Of a stretch of 64,000 bases of DNA, positions 38,186-50,932 are shown in pieces; position 1 is the first letter of the stretch, and every line of letters begins with the position of its first letter. Below the pieces are notes generated by a model. It had not been told where the DNA came from, searched no databases, and was given only the letters and a program-made list of their open reading frames with translations. The stretch covers positions 25,332-89,331 of the forward strand of contig NW_001865091.1 in assembly GCF_000002865.3 (NCBI RefSeq). Reading direction: 5' to 3'. Origin of the DNA: Monosiga brevicollis MX1. Taxonomy: Eukaryota. Position numbers and translations under genes: made by a program.

Positions 38186-40732
38186 TCAGACCCGATTGTA
38201 CCAGCAGCTTGGAAGCTCCCGGAGTGCAAGGAGGGTGAAGAGGTTGGGCTCTTGCTTCCAGCCGACCATGAAAAGGGCAGCGAGGCGCTTGGCAATGGCA
38301 TTGGCCCGGATGTGGTTCAAATCGCGGACCACATCCTCACCTTTGTAAGGAGTTTCAACGTGAACATGAGTTTTTCTGCAACGAAGCGAAAAAGGGAGAG
38401 AGAGAGAGAGAGAGAGGGAGGGAGGGAGAGAAGGGGCGAGCCATGTCTCAAGAGCCCACGTACCAAAGGTGATGAGGGCCGTTGGCACGGGCTCGTCGGC
38501 ACCAGCGAGATACATCTGGGTAACAATCGAACGTACAGCTGCTTCCTGACTCGAAGGCCCCCAGCATCAACAGGCTCGGCGTGAAAGGGTGCATTGACAA
38601 GCCAAAGGGTCTAATGTCACGCCATACCGTATGATGCCGTGCACCAAGCGCATAGTGACGCAGGGGCGTCATGCCGGCCTAGCGTGCAGAAGGCCAAATG
38701 GGGACGGTGCAATTGCAATGTGAGGCCTTACGCAACATATCAATCCCAATGTTTCCGACAAGAGGCACCTTGTTGGAAACGGCAGGGCGAGCCCCTGCAC
38801 GGAGAAGGGTCATGATTTTGCTGTCGTTGCCTTGACAAGCGGCGAGATGGAGAGGCCTGCTACCATCCTGCATGATTCGAGATGCACAGGCGTCAAATCG
38901 CGGCGCAGGGTGCGCAGGCAGATGTTCCGTTGCTGTAGGGCTGTTGTGTCCACTCACCTCGGGAGTTTGCATGTTCGGGTCGGCGCCAGCATCAAGCAAG
39001 CGCTGCAACACGCCATCTGGTCCGGCCTCCAGTGGACCCTTGCTGGCCACATGAATGGGTGCAACACCATACTAGTTTGTCCCACGTATTGAGGATCGGC
39101 GGGTGAGATGCTGGCAAGCGGAAGAGAATTGTGAAGCCCACTGGCATTTGCGGGTCAGGCAGGAATGATGCCTCGTTTGGAGCTGGTGGTACCTGGTCAA
39201 CGGCCGATACATTGGCGCCGGCGTCAAGTAGAACTTTGACCATTTCGCTGTGATCGTTGTAGCAGGCCAGGTGCAGAGGCGTTGATCCACCCTAATGCCA
39301 AGGCCAGGGTTGAGAAGGCGAGCTTTCGTCCAGTCAGTCTCACAACCCGTATTGAATTTCATCCTGTTTGAGCTTCTCACTTTGGTGGTCATGGTCAAAT
39401 CAGCGCGGTATTGCAACAAGAGCTTGAGGATCTGTGCACTTTGCAAGCGGGACGCACGATGCAAACTGGTTTCCATTGACTGCCAAGACAGCGTGGGGAG
39501 ACGGACAATGAGATGCAAGTTGCTGCATGGCGCATGAAGCCCTGAAACAGAGTCTTGGGTTTCCGTGAGGTGCTTCCCGTGTATTTATTTTGATGCGTTG
39601 AGGCTTCAGTCGCCCCACCTTGGAGATGGAATTTGGGTTGGCGCCTGCTTCCAAAAGCACTTGCACCACGTCTTCAGTCTGCCGTTCGACGGCTCGGTCC
39701 AGGGCTGTCTTGCCCTCCTGATAAGAATTGTAAAGGAAAGGGGTTGAGAGTTACAAGTGGCGTGTGTCATGGTCCCTTTAAGCATGCGCTGCCGAAGGTT
39801 GTGGTGTGCAAAGGCACGGACCGAGTCTTGCCACATGAGGTGGTCCAAGGCAAGATCCAAAAGCATGACGGCGGCACCTTTTGTGCTGACCAGGTGAAGA
39901 GGCGTTTCTTCATTCTAAATGGCCAATACATTGTGTTCAAAGGACTTTAGAAGCCATCAACAATATGGGAGGACCATCGGAATGGCCAAAGTCGCTCGTC
40001 AAAGTTGGACGATGGATATGAGTGAGGCCGACCTGGGTTTTGACATGAACGTTGGGTTTGGCTTGCAATAGCAGGTGCAACGTGACGGGATCACCATTGA
40101 TAGCGGCATCGTGCAGCGGTGTCAAGCCTCGCTGCGGAAGCAAGGCGGGGCCGGAGCAGGACTGAATGAGAGGGAAGCGGTCAGGAAGCTCGAAAAACAT
40201 GCCACACGATCGGTGATGGCTGGGCCCACCTTGTCTCGAGCCTCGAGTGGTGCACCAAGTTGGAGGAGGCGACGAGCCACTTTCGGTTGGCCGCGCATGC
40301 AAGCCACGTGTAAATAGGTGCGTCCCAGCTAAGGTTGAGCAATAGTCAGGCAGGCAGGGTGAGAGGGAGGGAGGGAGACAGGCAGGCAGGCAGGGATAGA
40401 GTTGTGTTAGGCTTGTGAGGGTGCCAGGATCGCGTCAAAGGCCGAGCATCTCAGCGTACCCATTCATTCCCGAGAGGATGCAGAGGAAAAACATCTTGAG
40501 TGTTGTTGGAATCGATGGGCATGGTGGCCTCGAGTTGCTCAAGCAAATTCAAGACGGGTTGCTGCTTGGCAGTGCAGAGGGCTTGCCAGACACGGGCCTG
40601 TTTGTGTTGTTGCGTCAGTTCGGGACTTCCAAAGGCATCGTGGCTCGGTGTCGAGGCTGTGCGAGGTAGGTTGGTCTCGCCGCGAACAGGCGTGAGAGCC
40701 TCTCTCATCATATCCAGTGGTACGGATGACAT
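38186..40732 (-). CDS. Ankyrin-repeat protein (~8 repeats), multi-exon
   Basis: Successive exons encode GRTYLHVAC, GLTPLHDAA, EETPLHLV, GKTALDRAV, ETSLHRAS, GSTPLHLAC, PIHVAS and GSRPLHLAA, each with ..LL.AGA.. helices. Gene termini are inferred. Confidence 0.85.
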
Positions 40733-41189
40733 GTTGTTGTTCCTCCGAGCCGTGCCGGCAACGGCCCACTGTGTGTTAAGGGGTGGGTGTCGCACGTTTG
40801 GTCGAAAGAAGTCAGGTGCAGATGAGAGCTCAAATACAAAGGAGGAAGAGTCAGAGTACGTTGCGCGTGTATCCTTGGCTTGGTGGATAGGCCTTTGCGA
40901 GGTCGGCGGGGCGGGGAGCAGAGGGCAATGCGTCTCGAGGACACGTACAACTGCTGCTTGTATAGAACGAGACGAACCGATTTGAAATGGTTTGAAGGTC
41001 CACGTCCACGTCCACGGCAATCACACCCACCCCCCGGCCACCTCCGCTGCTCAACCCTTGATAACCTCAGTCCCTAAATAAGCCCGCGCCCTCGTCCTTT
41101 TCCCCTGGTCTAGGTCCTGCTCCCGGTCACGATCACGGCCACGGTCTTGTGCCCTCCCCGACACTGAATCGGACTCGGAAAAAAAAATG

Positions 41190-41387
<198 letters not shown>

Positions 41388-41493
41388 GTTCAAGGCAACT
41401 TCGTATAATAAAGTAAAATACATTATTCAAGCCATTGTCAGCATTTCATCCTCAAGATGACCGGGGTGAGTTCTGGCGCTGGCGCTCCTCTCT

Positions 41494-41528
<35 letters not shown>

Positions 41529-41539
41529 ATCAACGGCAA

Positions 41540-41702
41540 GATGGCTAGCAAGGGTGGGGGGTTGACTGGATGCTGGATGGCTAGCAAGGGTGGGGGGTTG
41601 ACTGGATGCTGGATGGCTAGCAGGGGGGTTGACTGGATGCCGGATGGCTAGCAAGGGGTTGACTGGATGCTGGATGGCTAGCAGGGGGGGTGTGACTGGA
41701 TG
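41540..41702. repeat. G-rich minisatellite, ~30-36-bp unit GATGGCTAGCAAGGG(TGGGGG)GTTGACTGGATGCTG x5
   Basis: Directly visible. Confidence 0.85.
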
Positions 41703-41809
41703 GTTAGGGTGATGAGGGTGATGAGGGGGATTGAATGGTCTCGATGGGTAGGTGACTAGGGTGACGAGGTGATTGTCTGGTTTTGGTTGTTTCTGCACAT
41801 GATGGAGGG

Positions 41810-44246
41810 ATGGGGACATGGCGATGGCGACAGTGCATCTGGTTCAAGCCGGGATTGGGTACGGCATGCGCGAAAAGAGATGGGGCAAAACAGACGAATC
41901 AAGAGGTGGAGAGGGATCGACCCGCCGGGGAAGATCGGGATGACCAGAGGAAGGTATCACGCGGCCTTGGATCAGCGCCACGCTTGCACTCACTCACCGT
42001 TGGGTTTGCCACTGACTCCGCGCTCGCTAGACGTGCGACAGGACTTGCGTACTGGTACTGTTTGTGCTTGGCTGTCTTGCAATTGGCAGCTCGGCTTGGC
42101 ACGATCCCAATGCTTCTTGCGACTTGGAGCACGACGTGATCATTGGAAGCAGCACCGTCACCTATGAGCGTCAGGCCGTCGACACGGCCAGCGATTGCTG
42201 CGCACTCTGCATGAAGCAAACCTCCACCTGCGCGGCCTTTACCTTTGAACCCGACGTTGGCATTTGCTACCTCAAAACAGCCGATGATGATGTCACCAAC
42301 AAGACTGGCGCCATCTCGGGACGAGGCCCAGCCGCCAATCGGGCCATGCCCCTGACCCTCGATGTGGGTGCCCCAATGACCATCACGCTGCCCGAATACA
42401 ACTCTTGGAACATTGATTCCTCGGCCAATCGCCAATTTTTCGAGCGCAATCTTGCCGATCCCGAGCTCCACTACCTTGCCGCCGCCTCCCTCCCCGGCTT
42501 TCTCCGCTTTGGCGGCACGGGCAACGATGAGCTTACTTACGGCATTGGCAACCTCAGCTGTGCTGGCGCGCCTTACTGCCTCAACGAGACGCTCTTTGTC
42601 AATCTTCTCAATTTCAGCCATGCCGCCGGTGCCAAACTGGTCTTTGGCCTCAACATTGCCTATCGTACCTCCGAAGGCCGGTGGGATCCCGCCCCTGCCG
42701 AAGTCCTCATCCGCCATGGCCTTGCCCTGGGGTTTGAGTTTTATGCCTTTGAGCTTGGCAACGAACAAAACGACAACTATTCGCCCGAGTCAGAAGCCGC
42801 AGACTTTGCCATCCTACACAAACTGCTCGACAAAATATACGACAACCAAAGCCTTGCCACGGCAACACGCCCAAAGGTAGGAACGATGACATGAAATGAC
42901 AACCTGTTCCATCGTCGTCATGCAGGGGTTCGCCTTGGGAAAGGGATACCCTCATCAAGGTGGTGCGTCTCTGATTTGATGAATTCAGATCTTTGGACCC
43001 GATCCCCATAGCTTCCATGACGTGGAGGAGAGCACTTTGACCTTTTTGCAAAAGTTTGCGCAATCGGCTCTAGAACAGGGCGTCGACCTCTATGCCGTCA
43101 CCCATCACGAGCAAGTCATCGTCCAACCCGCAAATGCCCGTCTTTAAGCCTTTTTTTTTTCTTCATGAACCGAGCTTTCTTCTTCTTTTTTGACTTTTAT
43201 TTTATTTTATTTTTATTTTACACGAGTGTTGCTCGGCACGCCCGGCATCAATGCTGACCTTTGTTTCTCTCGTCTCACGATGGTTTGGGCGGCTCGTTGT
43301 GCTCTTCTCTCCCGCGTTATAGATACATAGAGGTGGATGTTAACAGCAGCTTTGATCCCCAGCTGCTGGATCGCACAGGCCAAATTGGTCGAGCCGTCAA
43401 TGCCACCGTCCGTGGCGTCAGTGCTGGGCTTCTTCCCATAGCTGGCGAGATTGGTCCCCACAACGGGGGCAGTCCTGGTTGCAACCATTCCTCCATGCGG
43501 TGGGCCACCTTTGCCGATGTCTTTTGGTCAGTACTCCACAGCTTGGAGAGGGGGCAATGACTTTATCGAGCACGCGCGCGCGTGTGTGTTTGTTTGTGTG
43601 TGTGTGTGTGTTGTGTGTGTGTGTGGGCCACAGCCGACGGTCAGGACACCCTCACAAATGGCCTCGGCTTGTGACCCCCACACGGCTGCTGGAGTGTAGG
43701 TATCTGGATGCCCTTGGCGCCAAGGCGGCCGCAGGGTATGCTGCGTTTTGTCGACAAAACTTTATCGGCATCGATTATGGTCTGCTCGATTGTGCAACGC
43801 ACGAGCCGTTGCCCGACTTTTATGCCAGCCTACTCTGGAGCGCGACCATGGGGACAGCGGTGCTCAACGCCACCTCGCCCGAGGGCAGCGTCCGCTTTTA
43901 TGCTCATTGCGGATCAACGCGTCAATCCCCGTTTGTTCACAACCTCCACTCATCGCCCGTGACTGTGTCGGTTCTACTTCTCAACCTGGCTGAGACACCT
44001 CAAAGTGTTGGTCTTCCTGCCTCACTGGCCAACGCCACGGCATCGGTGTTTGTCCTCGAAAGTGGGCCAGCGGGGCCGGCAGGTACACAGGTCAAGCTTA
44101 ACGGTGAGATGCTTGAGTACAGTTACATGCAGCTGCCGACGCTAGTAGGCGAGCGTCATCAACTCAACTCAACGCTGGTGCTACCTCCACAATCGGCTTC
44201 TTTTCTTTCCATTGAGGATGTGGCTGTTCCGGCGTGTTTTGCCTAA
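41810..44246 (+). CDS. PAN/apple domain plus glycoside hydrolase family 79 (heparanase/beta-glucuronidase-like), multi-exon
   Basis: Hydrophobic segment VLVLFVLGCLAIGSSA. PAN motif DCCALC....CAAFTF....CYLK. GH79 motifs SWNID, LRFGGT, LVFGLN, FELGNE (acid/base), THHE|Y, GEIG (nucleophile) and RQNFIGIDYGLLD..PLPDFY. The start codon is uncertain; coding sequence is secure from ~42031. Confidence 0.88.
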
Positions 44247-44972
44247 ACCTTTGCCGAGCGTGTCTTGTGTTGTGTGCATCATGTCAAAATTGATTTGGGG
44301 AAAAGCACGAGACTGGGAGGGAAATAAGGGTGGGGGGTTGAGGTGTGCTGTCAATTAGCAAGAAGGCAAAGGAAAGAAAAACCAGCGAGTTGGGGCTGGC
44401 ATCCAGCAGCACTGCACGCGGGGCTTGAAAAGTGTTGGCAGGGGCGAGGAAAGCAGAAGCAGGCAAGAGGAAGAAGACACGGGGATGGAAAAGCGTTGGA
44501 AAAAAGTTGAGGGCGGGAAGGAAGGAGCCAACAAGAAAAACAAAGGTAACACAACAGACAACAACAGGCAACCAACAACAAGGAAAGTAATTGCCCATGT
44601 AGAAGGCGGAAGAAAGAGACACAGGGACAAGAAAGAAGAGAGTTTGAGAGGGATAGAGAAATGGAAGACGATATCCAGGAAGAGAAAAAGGGGAGGGGAG
44701 CGGGGAAGCAACTCAACAACTGCAAGCAAAGAAGGAAAGGAAAGGAAGGAAAAGAAAAGAAAAGAAAGGAAAAGCAAAAACGGGGCAGCCAGAGAAGAGG
44801 GGCGGGGAGGGAAGGGATCTACGGCGCGTGACACCGTTTACCTTCTTCTGTGAGGATAGTGTGGGTTGGGGGCTGCTTGTGGGGTGAGATCGGTGGTGGC
44901 TGCGCTGGGGATGGTTAGCGGTTGGCCACGCAGGAGGTTCTCGAGGACCGCAAACTGGCGCGAATCTCATCC

Positions 44973-45543
44973 NNNNNNNNNNNNNNNNNNNNNNNNNNNN
45001 NNNNNNNNNNNNNNNNNNNNNNNNNNNNNNNNNNNNNNNNNNNNNNNNNNNNNNNNNNNNNNNNNNNNNNNNNNNNNNNNNNNNNNNNNNNNNNNNNNNN
45101 NNNNNNNNNNNNNNNNNNNNNNNNNNNNNNNNNNNNNNNNNNNNNNNNNNNNNNNNNNNNNNNNNNNNNNNNNNNNNNNNNNNNNNNNNNNNNNNNNNNN
45201 NNNNNNNNNNNNNNNNNNNNNNNNNNNNNNNNNNNNNNNNNNNNNNNNNNNNNNNNNNNNNNNNNNNNNNNNNNNNNNNNNNNNNNNNNNNNNNNNNNNN
45301 NNNNNNNNNNNNNNNNNNNNNNNNNNNNNNNNNNNNNNNNNNNNNNNNNNNNNNNNNNNNNNNNNNNNNNNNNNNNNNNNNNNNNNNNNNNNNNNNNNNN
45401 NNNNNNNNNNNNNNNNNNNNNNNNNNNNNNNNNNNNNNNNNNNNNNNNNNNNNNNNNNNNNNNNNNNNNNNNNNNNNNNNNNNNNNNNNNNNNNNNNNNN
45501 NNNNNNNNNNNNNNNNNNNNNNNNNNNNNNNNNNNNNNNNNNN
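44973..45543. other. Assembly gap (N run)
   Basis: Run of N. Confidence 1.
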
Positions 45544-46117
45544 AGAGAGAGAGAGAGAGGGGGAGAGTGAGAAGAGAGAGAGAGAGGGGTAACCAGAGCA
45601 AGAAAAGAGCGAGAGAAGCAAAAAAACAGAGGGAACGAGAGAGGGGTGAATTTACGAGGGAGGTGGAAGAGAGAGATGGGGAGAAAAGAGATGTGGGCGG
45701 GACAGAGGTCAATTTCAGAGAGGCGAGAGGACAGAGGGAGAGTTTGAGAGATGGAACAAAAGGTCGGTAAAGGGAGAAAAAGGTGTGTAACGGCCAGATG
45801 GGAGTGACGCTGGCGGTTGGGGAGGCAGTCGGGACTAATCTCTGAAGCGGGCGCACGAGTGGGCATGCATCTCTGAGCTGCAAGGGTAGCTGGCTTGCTT
45901 CGGAAAGCGGTACCGAGTGACGGTTTGAAGCTCTCTCTGACATGCGGTTGTCAGCCAACCGCCTTCTCTTATGCCCAGTCTCCTCGTCTCCCCAAGTCTC
46001 TTTCCACATTTGAGCGTTGGAAAATCGTCTGACATCTGACATTGGGTTTCCCAAAAGTCGTTCACCCCTTTCGCCTGCTGCCGGCTCGCTGGTCGGTCGG
46101 AAAGGGCAGCCGGGTCG

Positions 46118-46318
46118 CTTCCCTCATCCCCGGCGAATGGCATCCGGGCCCTCCGTGTCGATCAATTGAGCACTTAAAAACGGGGGGAAAGGATCAGGGC
46201 ACATCGTGTGTGGATATTCTTCCCTGATCCCCGGTGAATGGCACCCGGGCCCGCCGTGCCTATCAATTGAGCGCTTCAGTACGGGGGAAAAGGATCAGGG
46301 TACATCGTGTGTGGATAT
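46118..46318. repeat. Two diverged 101-bp tandem copies, each with inverted ends
   Basis: 46118-46217 aligns to 46219-46318. In copy 2, CCCTGATCC (46222-46230) pairs with GGATCAGGG (46292-46300). Confidence 0.8.
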
Positions 46319-47793
46319 CCAACTGCACGGGGTGCTCGTGTCGTCGCACATCTTTGCCTGACTGAGTTTGCCCCTTTTTAACACTCAAAGTCCTGAACGG
46401 CAGCGGGTCACTGATCCGGCAGACGGCGCATCTCATGACCGCAGTGCTGGTGCCTGCGCCTCGTGCTGTTGCAAAGAAAGAATAGACAGTCGTTTTGTTC
46501 CTCTGATTGATAAAACGCCGGCTGGCGCACTGCACCCATGTCCTCGAATGCCGGCTCGTGTTCGAGACAAGAGGCGATCACGGCGACCGGGGTGGCGCGG
46601 GCGCACTGGCCAGGGAGGCGCGAGGTGTCTGGCGAGGGAGCGTCAGTGTCGTGAAGATTGGAGCGCACTAGAGAGGATCGAGCCAGTCGTGACAAGCACT
46701 GCTCTGTAGTCGCGGGCATACTGCTCTGTACCACAGGAGTGGGAGCGTATGAAGAGGGTCGGGCAGGGAGTGACCACAGGGAGGAGGCCAGCATAAAGGC
46801 ATCATCTTCATGGCCGTGTCTTCTCCCTCAAACGTTTCGATCCCGGTCGTGAGCCCACACAGCAGCCCGCTGTTGCTGCAATCATCGGCGACGGGCGACA
46901 CCACAACCCTCGAGTCGAACAAAGACGCCGTTCCCACTCATGCCCGGGAGTCACACGGCCACCAAGACACCCATTTTCAGCGCGCACAGCCCTTTTCCAA
47001 ACCCCAAACTTGGTCTCGGCCCTCCGCCCTCCGCCAATCTCACCTCGCCTCGACAACTCCCTCTTGCTATGTGGGTCACGCTTCGTTTCGTGCCAAAGGG
47101 TACGACTCCAATGGGATCCGACATGTCCCCCGGCGCGATTTTGGTTTTGACATCGCTCTGCTTGGCTCGCTCGTTGCTGGCGGTGTGACACCGTTGCCTG
47201 GGGACAGTCGTCCGATCGGGCCTCAACAAATGCGCCGATTCCCCTCTCATGTCCAGAGGCCCGTGGCAGTGACATCCTGCCCTCCCGTTCCACACGTCCG
47301 CGTTTGGCGCTGATGCCCCCCACACCAGCGGTGCCAGCAGGTACCGCACGAGGTTTGTCTAGATGGCTGGCCCGCATGCCCCGTTCCCGCCTTTCTGAAT
47401 GGCCATGTGGCTGCCCCGTGCTGCATTCGGACTGTGGACCACGCATACCAATGTGACTACGACCGCCCCCATGCTCATCTGCATGGTCATTCCTCGCGTC
47501 AGCAAATGTCCTCCAACCCCAAGCACAGCCTATGCGATTGACCTGAACATGCCCTTTGCTAGGTGTGTGCCCAAGCCCTTCACGGAAGAACGCAAGGCCA
47601 TGCTCTTTTGACTCACACTGCCGCCGCCTCGTCATTTCCCCTTTTCCCTGTTTCCGCCCTTCCTCTCGCCTCTGGCCCCGAGCGCCAAGCGTCACGCCCC
47701 TACGCCCGCCACCCCAGAACCTTTGAAAAATCCTTTGCGCATGGCCACGGGCGCCCAGCATCCGTCATCCACAATTACACTCGGCTCGCCATC

Positions 47794-50655
47794 ATGCCCT
47801 GCCCTCGTTCCCTCCCCGGCACCACGGCCAACCATCCCATCACGCGCGGTCTTTTGACCCGCTCGTCGGGTGCATGTCGTATCTTGATCCTTCTCCTCCT
47901 CACCCTGTCTGCCCTCGGTCACGCCAACCTTACACCTTCCGAAGACAACCTCGGCGATTTTTTCTATGGCAGCCAACGTTTCATTGCTCTCGAGGTTCGA
48001 GGACTTGGTCACCTTGACGTCGTCCAGCGTAGCTCGTCTCACATCAAACACTCCCAGATTCTCACGCCCTTTCCGTGCACGTGTAGAGCGAGGCTCAGGG
48101 TGTCAAAGTAAAACACGCCTAGCAAGGCTTTGCCCTTGTTTCAGGCTTCTCATCGGGATTCCAGCTAACTCCACGCAGTCAGTCTGCCGCTCCGCCGCAC
48201 CGATGCTCCTGTACAGGCTCAAGTTTGACCCCCTCTCCGGCTACCAACGTGCCAAATTCTTCAACCTCTTAGGTGGGCGCTGCAACTGCCATGACATTGA
48301 ACCATGCTCCGATTTCGCGACGCAGTCCTGTTTCCGAGCTAAAGCCTGCTTTGACGACAACCAGAAGAGCTGCCTGCGCTTCCGAGGCTGCGATGAAGAT
48401 GATGACGATCAACACCGCAAGCGCGTACGCCCAATGCTCATCTTCTCCCACGTTTTCTTTCTCACCGCTGTCACAGTCGGACGCGGCCCACACGTTGGTT
48501 AATCCTCACTCATGTTGGCGTCTTTCAACAGGTGAAGCTGGCTGCCACCTGCGGTGGCCGAGGTGGCTCAGCCTTGTCAGACCGTGACAAAAAGCGCGTC
48601 TTCAAAATTCTCACCAACGTCGTCAACAACTGCGAGTATATTGATGAGGTTCGCATCCGACCATTTGCAACTTGCACTGATTCGCGTTCCCGAAAGGTTC
48701 CAGTGCATTGGTGGGGTTTGCCTTGACCACCTGGCCCGGCCATTCATCCTCTCAGCCATGTCGCGTGCGACTTCGTGACGAAGACGACCTGAAGCTGTCT
48801 GAAAAATCGACTAAAAAACGCTATGACATCAAGGTCAAAGTCCAAACAAAGCAGGTACGTGAGCATGCGTGTGCGTGGTTGAATGTACACGGGCGCCTTC
48901 CTGACTGGCCTCACACCTTCCAAACATGATCGTTTGTGCGTATGCTCGAAACACTGTCTGCAACCACAATTATATTCCACGCAGGACGCAAAGGCCCTGA
49001 AAAAGTGCTTGAAAAAAATCGATGACCGTCTACTACAAAGAAAAGACTGCGTCGTGCGCATAAAGTCCAGTCTGCTTCCTTTGCCGCTCACATCAACATC
49101 GACCACATCGACCACATCGATCACATCGACTAGCACAAGCACCACGGCAACGACGACCAGCACGACTAGTACGGCTAGCATGACGACCACGACCACGACG
49201 ACCACGACGACCACGACAACCGAAACGACTACAACCAGCACGACCAGCACGACCAGCACGACTAGCACGACCAGCACGACCAACACGACCACCACGAGTA
49301 CCACGACGACCACAGCCAGCACGACCAGCACGAGTACCACGACCACCACGAACACGAGTACCACGAGTACCACGAGTACCACGAGTACCACGACCACCAC
49401 GACTAGCACGACCACCACGAGTACCACGACTAGCACTAGCACCACGACCACCACGAGTACCACCAGTACCACGACCACGACAACCAGCACGACTAGCACG
49501 AGTACCACGACCACCACGAGTACCACGACCACCACGAGTACCACGAGTACCACGACCACCACAACTAGCACAACCAGCACAACCAGCACAACCAGCACAA
49601 CCAGCATAACCAGCACGACCACCACGACCACCACGAGTACCACGACCAGCACGACGACAACGACCAGCACGACGACAACGACCAGCACGAGTACCACGAC
49701 CAGCACGACGACAACGACCACCACGAGTACCACGACCACCACGAGTACCACGACTAGCACTAGCACCACGACCACCACGAGTACCACGACTAGCACCAGC
49801 ACGAGTACCACGACCAGCACGAGTACCACGACTAGCACTACCACCACTTGTACCACGAGTACCACGAGTACCACGACCACGACCACAATAACTACCAGCA
49901 CGAGTACCACGACCACGACAACCAGCACGACTAGCACGAGTACCACGACCACCACGAGTACCACGACCACCACGAGTACCACGAGTACCACGACCAACAC
50001 GACGACAACGACCAGCACGAGTACCACGACCACGACGACCATCACGACCACCACGAGTACCACGAGTACCACGAGTACCACAAGCACCACGAGTACCACG
50101 ACCACAACAACCACAACAACTACCACGACCAGTACGACTAGCAAACCGAGCACAGCTACCACAACCACATCAACCAGCACAACTAGCACAGCCAGCACAA
50201 CCTCTACAACCAATGCCGCGACCAGCGCGACTATTACAACCACCACTACAAACCAGGCGCCCAATCCTACGACAACTACGACCACGTTGGATACAGCATC
50301 AACTACGAGTGGTGCAGTGCCCGGGTGGATAGCGGGTGGATCGCGTGAATCTTGCTTTGACGCATGCAGTGCGCTGGGGCTGCCATGCCAAGACGGCCCA
50401 TTGGATGCAATCAATTCTCCGGCGCGTTTTATGGACGTTGTTACTCAAGGCCTTGGGCTACCCGAGACAACATGTCGGAACGCACCAAGTCAATCTGGCA
50501 GTGGAAACGCGCCTTTCATGACAACCAACGGTGGCTGCTCATATCCAAGCGGCTCAAGTTCGCCGATTTTGTGCGAGACAACCCCGTCGAATCCGACGTT
50601 TCGCCGTATTTGTTGCTGTTCGCCTGATCCTACTGCTTGTCCGGCAAGTTTCTAA
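47794..50655 (+). CDS. Secreted mucin-like protein: Cys-rich N-region, ~400-aa Thr/Ser stalk, C-terminal Cys module
   Basis: Signal-like [15 protein letters not shown], Cys-rich exons at 48145-48854, T/S tract at ~49090-50310, C-terminal WIAG..ESC.DAC..LGL.C...IN...RRICCC. Start and internal exons are approximate. Confidence 0.7.
49090..50310 (+). repeat. Coding Thr/Ser repeat (ACC/ACG/AGT/AGC 9-bp-type units)
   Basis: Directly visible. Confidence 0.95.
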
Positions 50656-50932
50656 GGACAGTGTCGCTCTGGCATCTTGACGGGTTGACGACGGAGCGCG
50701 AGAGAACAGTGGTATCAGGTTTGAGCCGCTCTTTTAGTTCAGGATTTTGGTTTGGCACTGTGCTGTGCTTGCCGTGGCACCAAGTCTGTCAATAGTATTT
50801 GTATGCACACATGTTTGTGTGCGGGGCTTGCACGTATTGTCTTCTTTGCCTCGCTCAATTTACTCATGTTATTACAAGGGCTGGAAGCATCGACCTTGAC
50901 GCAAAATTAAAATAGGGCCGAAGACTTGAAAG

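Noticed and set aside
41540..41702. CRISPR-like array (also considered for 46118-46318 and 24445-24615)
   Set aside because: No unique spacers, no cas genes, eukaryotic context.
44713..46054. Long ORFs spanning the N gap (also 5719-6934)
   Set aside because: Artefacts of reading through Ns.
46810..47313. 167-aa ATG-initiated ORF
   Set aside because: No motif or splice support that I can recognise; left unannotated.
48744..50414. 556-aa poly-Val/Leu membrane-like ORF on the minus strand
   Set aside because: Antisense reading of the Thr/Ser mucin repeat.
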